Positions 50,233 through 63,670 are shown, counted from the stretch's first letter. The stretch is 64,000 nucleotides of DNA from Candidatus Xenobia bacterium (GCA_045863235.1 BTUM01000002.1:1-64000), one strand, 5' to 3'. A program made the numbers and translations. The notes: a model not told the origin generated them from the letters alone.

Positions 50233-52025
50233 CCCTCCTGCTGGTGCTGCTGTGCTCCGCAGCCCAGGCTGATTCGCCCTCGCTGGAGCGCTACTTGAAC
50301 ATCCGCTCGTGTCAGGGCGGCGCCCCCCTGGCAGGCCAGGGAACCGCCTTTCTGACCAACGTGACCGGCGTCAACCAGATCTGGACGGTGAACGCTCCCG
50401 CCTCCTGGGCCACCCAGCTGACCTTCGAGACCGACCGGGTAGCCCGGGTGGAGGCCAGCCCCGACGGCAAATGGCTCCTGTTCGAGCGCGACCAGGGCGG
50501 CGACGAGCATAATCAGCTCTACCTCCTGTCCGCCACCGGGGGCGTGCCGGTCGCCTTGACGGCCAACCGAAAGGCCATCCACACCTTTGGCGACTTCTCG
50601 CCCGATGGCAAGAGCATCGCCTACGTGACCACCGAGCGCAATGGCACTGACTTCGATGCCATCGTGATGGACCTGGCCAGCCGTAGCAAGAAGGTGGTCT
50701 ACAACCAGGGCGGCTCGGCTCAGGTGGCCTGCTTCTCCCCCGACGGGAAGAGCCTGATCGTTTCCAAGGCGCTGTCGAATGTCGATTTCGACCTCTACCG
50801 GGTGGATCTGGCCGATGGCAAGCTGACCCACCTGACTCCGCATCAGGGCCCGGTCTTCTTTGGAGACGTGCAGTGGGGCGCCGACAACACTCTGTACCTG
50901 GCCTGCGACCTCAAGCGCGAGTTCGCCGGCCTGGCTCGGATGGACGCCAGCAAGGGCATCTCCAGCCTGGAGTTTCTCGAGCCCGACCGCCAGGACGTGG
51001 ACGCTCTGGCCCTGGCTCCCGACGGGAAGACCCTGGCCGTGGCCCACAACCGCGAAGGCTATTCGTCTCTGACCGTGGGCGGCCAGAGCGTGGCTCTGGC
51101 AAACGGCGTGGTCGACGGGGGCGGCTTTCAGTTCTCTTCCGACGGCCAGCGCCTGATCTTCACTTTCACCTCCCCCATCGAGCCGGCCAACGTCTACTCC
51201 TATGAGCTCGCCAGCGGTAAGCTGACCAATGTGACCCGCTCCACCCTGGCGGGCGTGGACCCGTCCGGCTTTGTCTCCCCTACCCTGATCAAGTATCCCA
51301 GCTTTGACGGCAAAGAGATTCCAGCTTTCTACTACCAGCCCCCGGGCGTCAGCAAACCGCCGGCGGTCATCAGCGTGCACGGCGGCCCCGAGGCCCAGAC
51401 TCGGGCCCATTTCTCGGGTCTGACCCAATACTTCCTGAGCCGTGGCTACGCCATCCTGGCCCCCAACGTGCGGGGTAGCACCGGCTACGGGCGCACCTAC
51501 ACCCACCTCGACGACGTGCGCCTGCGCATGGACTCTGTCAAAGACCTGGAATACGCCAACCGCTGGCTCTCCGAGAGAGCCGGAAAAATCGCTGTGATGG
51601 GCGGCTCATATGGCGGCTACATGACGCTGGCGGCGGTGACCTACCAGCCCGAGCGCTGGGCCGCCGGAGTGGACATCGTGGGCATCTCCAACTTCATCAG
51701 CTTCCTCAACAACACAGGCAGCTACCGCCGGGCCCTGCGCATCGCCGAATACGGCGATCCGGTCAAGGATGCCGAGTTCCTGCGTGAGGTCTCGCCGTTC
51801 TTCCACGTGGAGAAGATCCGGGCGCCCATGCTGATCATCCAGGGGGCGAACGACCCGCGCGTTCCCCAGTCGGAGTCGGACCAGATGGTGGCCAGCCTCA
51901 AGGCACGCAGCCTCCCGGTGGAGTACCTGCTCTACAAGGACGAGGGCCATGGTCTGGCCAAACTGTCCAATCGCATCGACGCCTACGCGAAGGTGGTCGA
52001 GTTCCTGGACAAGCACCTCAAGTAG
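50214..52025 (+). CDS. Exported S9-family peptidase
   Basis: Signal peptide, propeller repeats, HGGP, GGSYGG, DPRV, EGHG. Confidence 0.92.
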   Translation: MSRSTLTLLLVLLCSAAQADSPSLERYLNIRSCQGGAPLAGQGTAFLTNVTGVNQIWTVNAPASWATQLTFETDRVARVEASPDGKWLLFERDQGGDEHNQLYLLSATGGVPVALTANRKAIHTFGDFSPDGKSIAYVTTERNGTDFDAIVMDLASRSKKVVYNQGGSAQVACFSPDGKSLIVSKALSNVDFDLYRVDLADGKLTHLTPHQGPVFFGDVQWGADNTLYLACDLKREFAGLARMDASKGISSLEFLEPDRQDVDALALAPDGKTLAVAHNREGYSSLTVGGQSVALANGVVDGGGFQFSSDGQRLIFTFTSPIEPANVYSYELASGKLTNVTRSTLAGVDPSGFVSPTLIKYPSFDGKEIPAFYYQPPGVSKPPAVISVHGGPEAQTRAHFSGLTQYFLSRGYAILAPNVRGSTGYGRTYTHLDDVRLRMDSVKDLEYANRWLSERAGKIAVMGGSYGGYMTLAAVTYQPERWAAGVDIVGISNFISFLNNTGSYRRALRIAEYGDPVKDAEFLREVSPFFHVEKIRAPMLIIQGANDPRVPQSESDQMVASLKARSLPVEYLLYKDEGHGLAKLSNRIDAYAKVVEFLDKHLK

Positions 52026-52074
52026 CCAGCACCACAGTTGACGAACCTGTGCCGGCGGGCCAGGAGAGGATGGG

Positions 52075-54966
52075 TTAGTTCGCCCCCGGGAAATTGGTCA
52101 CGCCCAGCGGCCGCTTGCCCTGGTCGACCATCTTGACGAACGCTTCCACGACCTGCGGGTCGAACTGCGTGCCGGCGCCCTTCTTGAGCTGCTCCAGAGC
52201 AGCCTCAGGAGGGAGAGCCTTGGCCGCGTCGGGGCGCTCGGCGATGTTCCAGCGCTTCTCGGTCATGGCGTCGTAGGCGTCGGCCACCGCCAGGATGCGA
52301 GCCCCGATAGGGATCTGCTCGCCAGCCAGGCCGGCCGGGTAGCCCTTGCCGTCAAAGCGCTCGTGATGGTGAGTGACCACCTGCTGGGCTCCCGGACTGG
52401 TCTGGAAAGCCTCGAAGTAAGGCTTGAGGCGATCGGGCGAAACGTGCTGCTTCATCGCAGCGAACTCCTCGTCGGTGTACTTGCCCACTTTGTCAAGGAT
52501 CTCTTTGGGGACGTCGATCTTGCCGATGTCATACACTTGACCTGCCTCGTGCAGGGTTGCAGCGTCCTGAGCGTTCAGCCCCATCACCTCGGCCAGTGTG
52601 TTGGCAATGGCATTGGCTCGCGCCTGGTGCTTCATCGTGTAGCCGCCCTCGAGCTGGCTGAACTCGGTGGAGATCTGGGCCAGGTTGCGCCCGTTCACCG
52701 AGATCTCCGGCTGGGCCTGAGCGGCTGCCGCGTTCGCATCCATGATGGCCACCGCGTCGACGAGCTGAAGCATGTGGCTCGCTGCCTGATCGCCACCCTT
52801 GGCCGCCTCCAGCTTCTGCTGGATCTCAGCCATATCGCCGGCCTGAGCCTTGCTGACCAGAGCCCGGGCCGAAGCCAGTTGCTCGGGGGTAGCCCCGGCC
52901 ACCAGCGCCTCGGCCGCCTGGCGTGCCTGGGCCTGAACCTCCAGGATGCGGGCGTCGGCCTTCGCCAGGAAGGCGACCGCGGCCTGATCGCCACCGTCGG
53001 CGGCGGCCTTGATCTGGCTGACGACACCGGCGGCATTCGGGTCACCGTTCACCAGCGCGTTGACCAGGGCATCGACGGTGACGCCCTGATAGCTGTCAGC
53101 GGGTGGGGCTTGCGGCCTGGGAGCAGCGGCCGGCTCGGCCGGAGGCGCCGCCTGGGGACGGGGAGCCGCGGCGGGGGCCGGCTGACTCAGGGCGGCCTGC
53201 AGCTTGCCGGCCGTCTCCTGGTCGCCGTAGATGACGAACTTGATGTCCTTCACGTTCTGAGACCTGGCCGAGAAGTCGCGCACGGCCCGCGCCATGTCGG
53301 CGATCTTCTCGGCTTCGGTGCCGCCCACGTTCTTCATGACGCCCAGGCGCATAGCCGGGATGGACAAAGACTGCATCCCCGCTTTGTCGGCCGCTTCCAG
53401 GCCGGCAGTCAACACGTCGTAGAGCGGCTTGTTCAGGTCATCGACCACGAAGACCACATTCTTGAAGGCGCCCTGGTGGGCTTGCTGGGTGGTGGCGATC
53501 TTGACCTGGCCGGTCTGCCCGCCGATTAGCGACTGGGCCTGCTGGTGGAACTGGCCACCGCCTGCGCGACCGATGGCGCCGTCCACGCCACCGGCCCACA
53601 TGCCTTCGGAGTTGACCCCGGTGATGAGGCCGTCAGCGGGAACGCGGGTGATGTCGCCCATCTGCACGCTGACCGTGGGAGCCGTGCGAGCGGCGGCCGG
53701 GCTGGTGGCCACCTCGGCGGCCGGGGCCATGTTCCGCGGGGGAGCGTTGGCCGGCTGCTGGGCCGGGCTGGCCCCCTGCATCTGGCTCATGATCTGCTGA
53801 GCGCCCGCCATGTCTCCCCGATTGAGAGCGTCTTGCAGCGAGGCCAGCAGTTGCTCCTGGGTGGCCGGCGCGGGACCGGGCACCGGGCCCGAAGGCGGGG
53901 CGGGGCCAGCCGGGGGTGGCGTAGGCGGCGGCGAGCCGGCCGCGGCCGCGTTCACCGGCGGGGTGGGAGGCGCGAAACCGGCGGCCTGAGCGGGCTGGGG
54001 CTGGATGAAGTGGGCCAGGCCCGGGAAGATGGCTCCGGCTCCGGCGGCCGAGAAGGGCATCAGGTGCATCTCTTGCTGCTGGCGGCTGCGCCACCACTTC
54101 TGCACGGGGGCGTTCTTCCAGTCGAAAAAGCCGTTGTAGCCGTTCTTGTTGCTGGCTGTGGCGTGCCCGAGCAGTGAACCGCCAGTGACGCTGTAGCCTT
54201 GCTGGGAGTTGCCCTTTACGGTGAGAGGGTCTTCCTGACGCGGAGCCGGGCCGCCGATGCCGAAGGCCCGACCCAGGCTGGACATGATCCCGCCCTCCTG
54301 GGCCTGGTTGGCCTGCGGGGTCTCGCTGACTTGCGAGCCCCATACCTGGCCTTTTGGATTCTCGAAAATCTGCGTGTACTGCTTGCCCTGGGCCGTGGTC
54401 ACCTCGTTGAATACGCTGATCTTGGTGCCATCGGCGGCGATCATCTGGGCGTGCTCGCGAACCAGGCCTTCCGGTCGCTGCTGGAAGGGTGAGCTGACCC
54501 CGTATTCAGCCTTCTCGGGATCGAGGATGAGCAGGGTGGGGTTATTGGCCTCCATCTGGACATACAGCTTGCCGTCGCTGCCCATCTGGGCGTTCAGGCC
54601 GATGGGCTGGTCGGGGTTGGATGGGTTGAACATCTTGGCCTGCACGCTGCCGTCGAGACTGCGCTGCACGGCAACCTGGACCGGCAGGAAGGGACCGGCC
54701 GGGAGCACCGCCTGGAAGGCCACTCCGCCCTGATCGCGCAACAGTTGCAGCCCGCTGGGATAGGCTTTGACGGTCTGCTGAGCCTGCTGGGCCTGTTGGG
54801 CGCCGCCCATCTGGGTGGGTGGCTGGGGAACCGAGCCAGCCAGCCCATCGGAACCGTAGTCGTGACCCGCCGGAGGCTGGCCCTGAACCTGGCCGCGATT
54901 GGCCCAGCCCGCGATGTACGAGGCTCCATTTGCTCCGGGCTGATTGACAGGGTTGCTTCCGTTCAT
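52075..54966 (-). CDS. Multidomain protein: unknown N-terminus, P/Q/A linkers, macro domain, HD-GYP domain
   Basis: GAGGAGG RBS before ATG 54966; macro GDITRVPADGLITGVN...GGVDGAI; HD-GYP YDIGK, HHHERFDGKGYP, RILAVADAYDAMT. Confidence 0.82.
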   Translation of the reverse strand: MNGSNPVNQPGANGASYIAGWANRGQVQGQPPAGHDYGSDGLAGSVPQPPTQMGGAQQAQQAQQTVKAYPSGLQLLRDQGGVAFQAVLPAGPFLPVQVAVQRSLDGSVQAKMFNPSNPDQPIGLNAQMGSDGKLYVQMEANNPTLLILDPEKAEYGVSSPFQQRPEGLVREHAQMIAADGTKISVFNEVTTAQGKQYTQIFENPKGQVWGSQVSETPQANQAQEGGIMSSLGRAFGIGGPAPRQEDPLTVKGNSQQGYSVTGGSLLGHATASNKNGYNGFFDWKNAPVQKWWRSRQQQEMHLMPFSAAGAGAIFPGLAHFIQPQPAQAAGFAPPTPPVNAAAAGSPPPTPPPAGPAPPSGPVPGPAPATQEQLLASLQDALNRGDMAGAQQIMSQMQGASPAQQPANAPPRNMAPAAEVATSPAAARTAPTVSVQMGDITRVPADGLITGVNSEGMWAGGVDGAIGRAGGGQFHQQAQSLIGGQTGQVKIATTQQAHQGAFKNVVFVVDDLNKPLYDVLTAGLEAADKAGMQSLSIPAMRLGVMKNVGGTEAEKIADMARAVRDFSARSQNVKDIKFVIYGDQETAGKLQAALSQPAPAAAPRPQAAPPAEPAAAPRPQAPPADSYQGVTVDALVNALVNGDPNAAGVVSQIKAAADGGDQAAVAFLAKADARILEVQAQARQAAEALVAGATPEQLASARALVSKAQAGDMAEIQQKLEAAKGGDQAASHMLQLVDAVAIMDANAAAAQAQPEISVNGRNLAQISTEFSQLEGGYTMKHQARANAIANTLAEVMGLNAQDAATLHEAGQVYDIGKIDVPKEILDKVGKYTDEEFAAMKQHVSPDRLKPYFEAFQTSPGAQQVVTHHHERFDGKGYPAGLAGEQIPIGARILAVADAYDAMTEKRWNIAERPDAAKALPPEAALEQLKKGAGTQFDPQVVEAFVKMVDQGKRPLGVTNFPGAN

Positions 54967-55000
54967 TGACCAGACCCTCCTCGGTTGGATATCCACTTCT

Positions 55001-55033
55001 TGTTTCCCACGCGGAGCGGAAAATTCACTGAAA
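55001..55033 (-). promoter_or_regulatory. Degenerate direct-repeat promoter
   Basis: TTTCAGT-gaat-TTTCCGC-N9-GAAACA (weak -10). Confidence 0.4.
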
Positions 55034-55035
55034 GG

Positions 55036-56958
55036 TTACACGTGGGTGCGCTGGCCGTTCCAGAAGGAGACGGCGTTCCCCCCGGAAGAGCGGGACATGC
55101 CGATGGCGGCCTCGACGCGCTGCTGGAGCTGCTCCTCGTTGGTGGCATCGTGGGGCACGCCCGCCACTCCGACGGAAGCGGTGAGGGAGACCTTGGCGGG
55201 GCCATTGCCGAAAGGCCGCGCGTGGATCGCGGCCCGTATCCGCTCGCCGATGTCGTAGGCGTTGTTGCGGTCTGAGTGCACGAGGAGGACAGCGAAGTCG
55301 GCCCCTTCCAGGCGCGCAGGAATGTCGGTCTCCCGGGTCGCCTGACGAATGATCTCGGCCACGTCTTTCAAGATTTGCTCGCAGATTTCCTGGCCCAGAG
55401 CGGCTTGAATCTCTTCAAATCGGTCCAGCGAAAGCAGGATTTGAGACACCGGGTAGGTGTAGCGTCGACCCCGCATCACCTCCTCGCGAGTGCGCTCGTG
55501 CAAGTAGAGACCGTTGTAGAGGTGGGTCAAAGGGTCATTGAGCCCGCCCGTAATGGTGCGCTGATACAAGAGCGAGTTGGCCAGGGCCGCGCTGGCCACC
55601 TGACAGTACTCTTGCAGCAACTCCATCTCCTCGGAACGATACTGACCTGGATTGGGGCGGCCCAGGTAGATGGCCCCCAGCACATCGCCCCCGGTGGCCA
55701 GGGGGGCCACCAGGGCGCTTTTCTCATAGACAAGCAGGGTGGGAAGCTCCACTCCACCTTCGACGGCCACCGCCCCGTTGTCGATCTTGAGCGAGCGACG
55801 CTGGCTGGCGCAGTAGCCGGGGGCACCCTCATTGAGCTGCAGGGTGAGGTTGCGGAACATATCGGTGTAAGGGCTGGCAGCCACCTCGGCAAACAGCTCT
55901 CTGGTCCCGTCCACCTCGTCGAGCAAGAAGATCACGCAAGTCTGGCTGGGCAAGAGCTCTTGCAGGTGCTGGGTCATGGCCAGCAGGGTATCGGACAGGT
56001 GCAGACTCTGGTGCAGCACCCGGTAGTAGCTGTCCAGCTCGCGCATGAACTCGAGCGTCTGGTTGAGCTGCTCGATGGCGGCCTGGTTCTGCTTGATGCT
56101 CTCGCGCATCCCGGCCAGCTCGCGCTCGGCCGATTGTCGCTCCTTGCGCGAGGTGCTGGCCAGACGGTGCTCGAGTTCAGTGATCACCGTCTCGAGCGAA
56201 TCTTTCTGAGCGCGGGCCTGGTGCAGCTCCTCAGCCATCTCTTCGAGCTTGCCCAGCAACTGCTGGCTGGTGACCTCGAGCTCGGCCAGGCGCTCCTCCC
56301 GGTCGCCCACCTCACCGAAAACCTCGCCCACTTCCTTGGTCTTGAGCTGGATCTCCTCAAAAAGCATCTGCTTCTCATGTCCGGCCGCGACCTCGAGCTT
56401 GAAGCGCTCGAAGCGCTCGCGCCCGACCAGGCTGAGAAGCCATAAGAGCAGGGCTGAGAGCAGGCCCTGAATGCCAGCCAGGTTGAGTTGGAAGATGACC
56501 GCAGCCTTGTTCTGGGTGGTCTTGAGCATCTCCAGCAGAGGTAGACCGCTGATCAAGCCATAGAACGACCCCCCGATCAGCAGCACCGCCAGGCCCAGGC
56601 TGCTGCCCAGATAAGTGGCCGTTTCCAGCACCGGCAGGGTGAATCCCAGCACCAGATAGGGCGGGCCGAACACGTAGGTGAGAATGGCTCCCATCAGGGC
56701 GTCCACGGCCATGATGGCGCCCCCCACCGTATTGTTGGGCACCTTGAGCACGATGAAAGCGGCGATCAGGTGATAGAATATCACCGCTGCTGTCACCAGG
56801 GAGGGTTGCTTCTCCAGTGCTTCCGGCAAATGAGCAAACTGCTGAGTGTGATTGAGAGAAAGGGAAATTGCAATGAGCAGGCCCATCGCTCGGACTCCCA
56901 CCAGGAACCAGCGAAGCGCCAGGGAGGGCTCGTTCGGCAGGGAGAGTTGCGCTGGCAT
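55036..56958 (-). CDS. Membrane protein with coiled coil, GAF and degenerate GGDEF domain
   Basis: About 5 TMs, long heptad region, GAF (SALVAPL...GAIYLG), DPLTHLYN, RETD I-site, signature RLEGADF. Confidence 0.82.
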   Translation of the reverse strand: MPAQLSLPNEPSLALRWFLVGVRAMGLLIAISLSLNHTQQFAHLPEALEKQPSLVTAAVIFYHLIAAFIVLKVPNNTVGGAIMAVDALMGAILTYVFGPPYLVLGFTLPVLETATYLGSSLGLAVLLIGGSFYGLISGLPLLEMLKTTQNKAAVIFQLNLAGIQGLLSALLLWLLSLVGRERFERFKLEVAAGHEKQMLFEEIQLKTKEVGEVFGEVGDREERLAELEVTSQQLLGKLEEMAEELHQARAQKDSLETVITELEHRLASTSRKERQSAERELAGMRESIKQNQAAIEQLNQTLEFMRELDSYYRVLHQSLHLSDTLLAMTQHLQELLPSQTCVIFLLDEVDGTRELFAEVAASPYTDMFRNLTLQLNEGAPGYCASQRRSLKIDNGAVAVEGGVELPTLLVYEKSALVAPLATGGDVLGAIYLGRPNPGQYRSEEMELLQEYCQVASAALANSLLYQRTITGGLNDPLTHLYNGLYLHERTREEVMRGRRYTYPVSQILLSLDRFEEIQAALGQEICEQILKDVAEIIRQATRETDIPARLEGADFAVLLVHSDRNNAYDIGERIRAAIHARPFGNGPAKVSLTASVGVAGVPHDATNEEQLQQRVEAAIGMSRSSGGNAVSFWNGQRTHV

Positions 56959-57068
56959 CGTCTTTTATCAGGCCTGACCGGTAGAGATTTATTCCATGCC
57001 GATCAATGCCGATCCTGCTCCAACAGCGATCCAGGAGGCAGGCAGAGAGCGTCGAAGCTGCCGCGCCC

Positions 57069-60365
<3,297 letters not shown>

Positions 60366-60369
60366 AGGG

Positions 60370-60747
60370 TCAAGCCAGGGCGGCCAGCGACCAGCCCAGG
60401 TTATCGAAGCGGAAGGTGGCCGTGCCGATGCGGTGACCGGCCCGCATGAGAGGGCAGAAGACCTGGTCTCCGACCGACTGCTCCTCCCCCAGCCGAAGCA
60501 GGCCGTGGGGGTTGGTGATGAGGTTCTCGAGCTTGCGCAGGAGGGGCTCTTCGCCGTCCTGACGGACCTGACTTTTGAAGCGGTTGCGCAGGGGGGTGTC
60601 GAGCACTGCCCAGAGGGCGTCGGGTTGTCCCTTCAGCACGGCCCGGGTGAACGTGTCGAAGGTGGAGCGAGGGGTGCGCCGGTCAATCTTGACCGTGATC
60701 TTTTGTTCGCTCGCGGGGCACTCGCTCAAGGTCTGCGTAAGGACCAT
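60370..60747 (-). CDS. Hypothetical protein
   Basis: GGAGG RBS before ATG; 125 aa. Confidence 0.65.
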   Translation of the reverse strand: MVLTQTLSECPASEQKITVKIDRRTPRSTFDTFTRAVLKGQPDALWAVLDTPLRNRFKSQVRQDGEEPLLRKLENLITNPHGLLRLGEEQSVGDQVFCPLMRAGHRIGTATFRFDNLGWSLAALA

Positions 60748-60865
60748 CCGAACCTCCGATCCGACTCCGGTGCTGCCGGGACCGAGGTCATCGTAATTTG
60801 CCGGATGGTTACAGATGTAAACAGAGTGTTAACAAATGGAAACGGGGATCGATTTTGTTACCGGC

Positions 60866-61213
60866 TTATGAACGGCCGGTCAGAGCGCGCAGATCCTCGC
60901 GATCCAGGGGAGCGCCCTTGAGCACGGACAGGAACTTGTGGATGCGCCGGCGGATGTGCTCGGCGACCCAGCCGATGGCCGCACCCCAGGCGATCCCGAT
61001 GACGAGCAGATAGGGAGGCTCGGAGGGGCAGAAGAGCATGGTCAAAATGGCGCTGGAAGCAAAGCCCAGAGCCAATCCCAACTGTACCAGGGCGGGAACG
61101 GTCAAACGTCGGACCTTTTTGCGGACCACGGGCCGGGCCAGGCCAGGCCGCTGGCGCTGGGCCTCCTCGAAGGCCAGCTTGTTGGCGTAATAAGTATAGA
61201 CATTGACCGTCAT
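60866..61213 (-). CDS. Small two-TM hypothetical protein
   Basis: Two hydrophobic helices; preceded by the repeat promoter. Confidence 0.65.
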   Translation of the reverse strand: MTVNVYTYYANKLAFEEAQRQRPGLARPVVRKKVRRLTVPALVQLGLALGFASSAILTMLFCPSEPPYLLVIGIAWGAAIGWVAEHIRRRIHKFLSVLKGAPLDREDLRALTGRS

Positions 61214-61219
61214 AACCCG

Positions 61220-61252
61220 AGTTTAGGAAAGCGACCTGAAAGCTCGCTGAAA
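61220..61252 (-). promoter_or_regulatory. TTTCAGG direct-repeat promoter, probably leaderless
   Basis: TTTCAGC-gagc-TTTCAGG-N9-TAAACT-N6-ATG(61213). Confidence 0.72.
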
Positions 61253-61258
61253 CAGAAT

Positions 61259-61291
61259 GTTCAGTTTTCTTTGAGCAGGGGATGGCAGTTT
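61259..61291 (+). promoter_or_regulatory. Direct-repeat promoter (divergent partner)
   Basis: GTTCAGT-tttc-TTTGAGC-N9-CAGTTT-N7-ATG(61299). Confidence 0.52.
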
Positions 61292-61298
61292 GGGAGAG

Positions 61299-62111
61299 AT
61301 GGAGATCAAGTCCCCTTCTCGCGAGCTGATCGGTCAGGCCCTGCGGGCCCAGAGCGCCGAGCTGCTTCGCACTGGCCAGGTCGCCGAGGCCACGCGAGTG
61401 CAGCAAGACCTGACCGTTTTGTCAGGAGCACCCGGCGACAGTCTTTACGACAAGCACTTTGAAGCCAGCGAGCGCGCTCGGGCTACCTGGCCCAAGCATG
61501 AGAGTGTAGCAGCCTCCTGGAAGGCCAGCCCGGCATTCTTTGGGGCCGAGCTGGTGGGGGCCGCCGGGCTGGCAGCAGCCTGGCTCTTTCGCCACGAGCC
61601 GATCGTGGCCGGCGCTGGTCTGGCTGTCACCGCCGGGGTGGCTGCTCTGCACGTGGTCTACCAGGTCAAAGCCCGCCGGCGCAGCCAGGCTCAAGCCGTT
61701 CTGCAGGCCATCGCCCGCCGACAGGACGCGATCTGCAACTTCGTTCCCAGCAATGCGCCCACACCATTGAACATCGAGCGCAACGCCTTCATGGCCACAT
61801 TGAAGGGTCAGGAGGCCCGTCTAGTCGAGAACCGCGACTACGCCGGCGCTGGGAACCTGCGCCGGCTGCGCGAGGGCCTCGAGCCTGTGCCCGGGCAGAC
61901 CGTGGATGAGCTGTTCGAGAATCTGCTTCAGGATGGATCGCGCAAGGAGACCCTGCAGCTCTTGCAAGGGGACTGCAGCCAGCAAGTCTTCGAAGGCCTC
62001 AGAGCCCTGGCCGAGGTGGTCAAGCTGACCTCTCCCGGTCAGGGCGGGCTCCAGGATGGCGCCGACTCGGTGGTCGTGGGCGGCGTGGTCATCCGCAAGC
62101 GCGCGGCGTAA
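61299..62111 (+). CDS. Hypothetical two-TM protein with internal duplication
   Basis: Segments ELIGQALRAQSAELL...PGDSLYD and NAFMATLKGQEARLV...PGQTVDE resemble each other; C-terminus DSVVVGGVVIRKR. Confidence 0.68.
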   Translation: MEIKSPSRELIGQALRAQSAELLRTGQVAEATRVQQDLTVLSGAPGDSLYDKHFEASERARATWPKHESVAASWKASPAFFGAELVGAAGLAAAWLFRHEPIVAGAGLAVTAGVAALHVVYQVKARRRSQAQAVLQAIARRQDAICNFVPSNAPTPLNIERNAFMATLKGQEARLVENRDYAGAGNLRRLREGLEPVPGQTVDELFENLLQDGSRKETLQLLQGDCSQQVFEGLRALAEVVKLTSPGQGGLQDGADSVVVGGVVIRKRAA

Positions 62112-62187
62112 TCGGGACCCGGGCGGCCCGAACTGGTGCTCGGGGTTCGCCGGTCGGGGCGCGGGGCCACCCGCGTCAATCCGCCCC

Positions 62188-62223
62188 AAAACAAGGAGAA
62201 GGCCCCCCTGCGGGAGCCTTCTC
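62188..62223 (-). terminator. Intrinsic terminator of ftsZ
   Basis: gagaaggc...gccttctc stem followed by TTGTTTT on the minus strand. Confidence 0.72.
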
Positions 62224-62248
62224 GACCAGTCGCCGCGCAGGCGAGCGG

Positions 62249-63541
62249 TTAGTTGTTGCCCTTGGTGCGACGGAAGATGGCGGGCTCGAGGTCGACATCG
62301 CGCAGCGAGCTGCCGAAGGAGATCTCTTCCTTGATGCCACCGAGGGTGAAGGCAGCGTCGTCGGAGTCGACGGGCTGGCCGGGCAGCGACTGGAAGCCGG
62401 TGGCCACCACGGTGATGCGAACCTCGCCTTCCATGCGCTCGTCCTGCACCGACCCGAAGATGATCTGAGCGTCGGGGTCGACGGCCTCGTAGATGATCCG
62501 GGCGGCTTCGTTGAGCTCGAGGAGAGTGAGGTCGGGTCCGCCGGTGACATTGAACAGCACACCGGTGGCACCGTCGATGCTGGCCTCGAGCAAGGGGCTG
62601 GAGATGGCCGCGCGAGCAGCCTCGACAGCGCGATTCTCGCCCGAAGCAACGCCAATCCCGAGCAACGCCGAGCCAGCGTCGGCCATGATGGCCTGCACGT
62701 CAGCAAAGTCGACGTTGATACGACCCGGAACGGTGATGATCTCGGAGATACCCTGCACGCCGTTGCGCAGCACGTCGTCGGCGAGCCGGAAAGCGTCGGC
62801 AATCGACTCCTTGTCGCTGACGATCTTGAGCAGACGGTCGTTGGGGATGGTGATGATGGTGTCAACCTTGGATTTGAGCTGCTTGATGCCTTCCTCGGCC
62901 AGCTCCATCCGGCGGCGCCCCTCGAACACGAAAGGCTTGGTGACGACGGCCACGGTCAACGCGCCTGCCTGGCGTGCCAACTCGGCCACCACGGGACTGG
63001 CCCCGGTTCCCGTACCGCCCCCCATACCGGCGGTGATGAACACCATGTCGGCGCCCTCGATGGCCTTGAGCACCTCTTCGGAGTTCTCTTCCACGGCTTT
63101 CTTTCCGCAGTCAGGGTTCGAGCCAGCGCCCAGACCCTTGGTGACGGTCGAGCCGATGTGGATGCGCTGGTCGGCGTCACAGAGGAACAGCGCCTGGGCA
63201 TCGGTATTGATGGCGATGAACTCGACACCACCGAGCCCCTCCTGGATCATCCGGCTGACCGCGTTGCAGCCGGCTCCACCGACTCCGATCACTTTGATAC
63301 CGGCAAAGTGCTCGACCTGGCCGCGATGCTCACCCGAGGCGGCCTTCTTGGGAGTGCTGGCAGCCGCGATAGGCTGACGCAGCACTGGCTGGCCCACGTT
63401 CGGCTTGGCAGGCTGCCCGGCGCGAGGAGCGGCGGAAGGTCCGGCCATCGGCGGCGGCGGAGCGAGCAAGGGCTCCAGGCTCGGCTCCACAGCCGGCTCA
63501 GAGCTCTTGATTTCTGATTTCGTGTTGTCCTTGGGGTCCAT
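62249..63541 (-). CDS. ftsZ: Cell division protein FtsZ
   Basis: [29 protein letters not shown]-terminal LEPAIFRR. Confidence 0.97.
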   Translation of the reverse strand: MDPKDNTKSEIKSSEPAVEPSLEPLLAPPPPMAGPSAAPRAGQPAKPNVGQPVLRQPIAAASTPKKAASGEHRGQVEHFAGIKVIGVGGAGCNAVSRMIQEGLGGVEFIAINTDAQALFLCDADQRIHIGSTVTKGLGAGSNPDCGKKAVEENSEEVLKAIEGADMVFITAGMGGGTGTGASPVVAELARQAGALTVAVVTKPFVFEGRRRMELAEEGIKQLKSKVDTIITIPNDRLLKIVSDKESIADAFRLADDVLRNGVQGISEIITVPGRINVDFADVQAIMADAGSALLGIGVASGENRAVEAARAAISSPLLEASIDGATGVLFNVTGGPDLTLLELNEAARIIYEAVDPDAQIIFGSVQDERMEGEVRITVVATGFQSLPGQPVDSDDAAFTLGGIKEEISFGSSLRDVDLEPAIFRRTKGNN

Positions 63542-63661
63542 GGTTTACCCCCATCATTCAAAATTAGTGTGGTTTCTCAAGCTGCCCGGGTTGACCATCC
63601 CCCGCCCGAGCACGACCGGGAGGAAATGGCCCTGCGGACCGCCTCCATCCGGAAGGTCCCG

Positions 63662-63670
63662 ACTATATCA
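63662..63670 (-). promoter_or_regulatory. Extended -10 element upstream of ftsZ
   Basis: TG-a-TATAGT about 120 bp before the ftsZ ATG. Confidence 0.5.
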
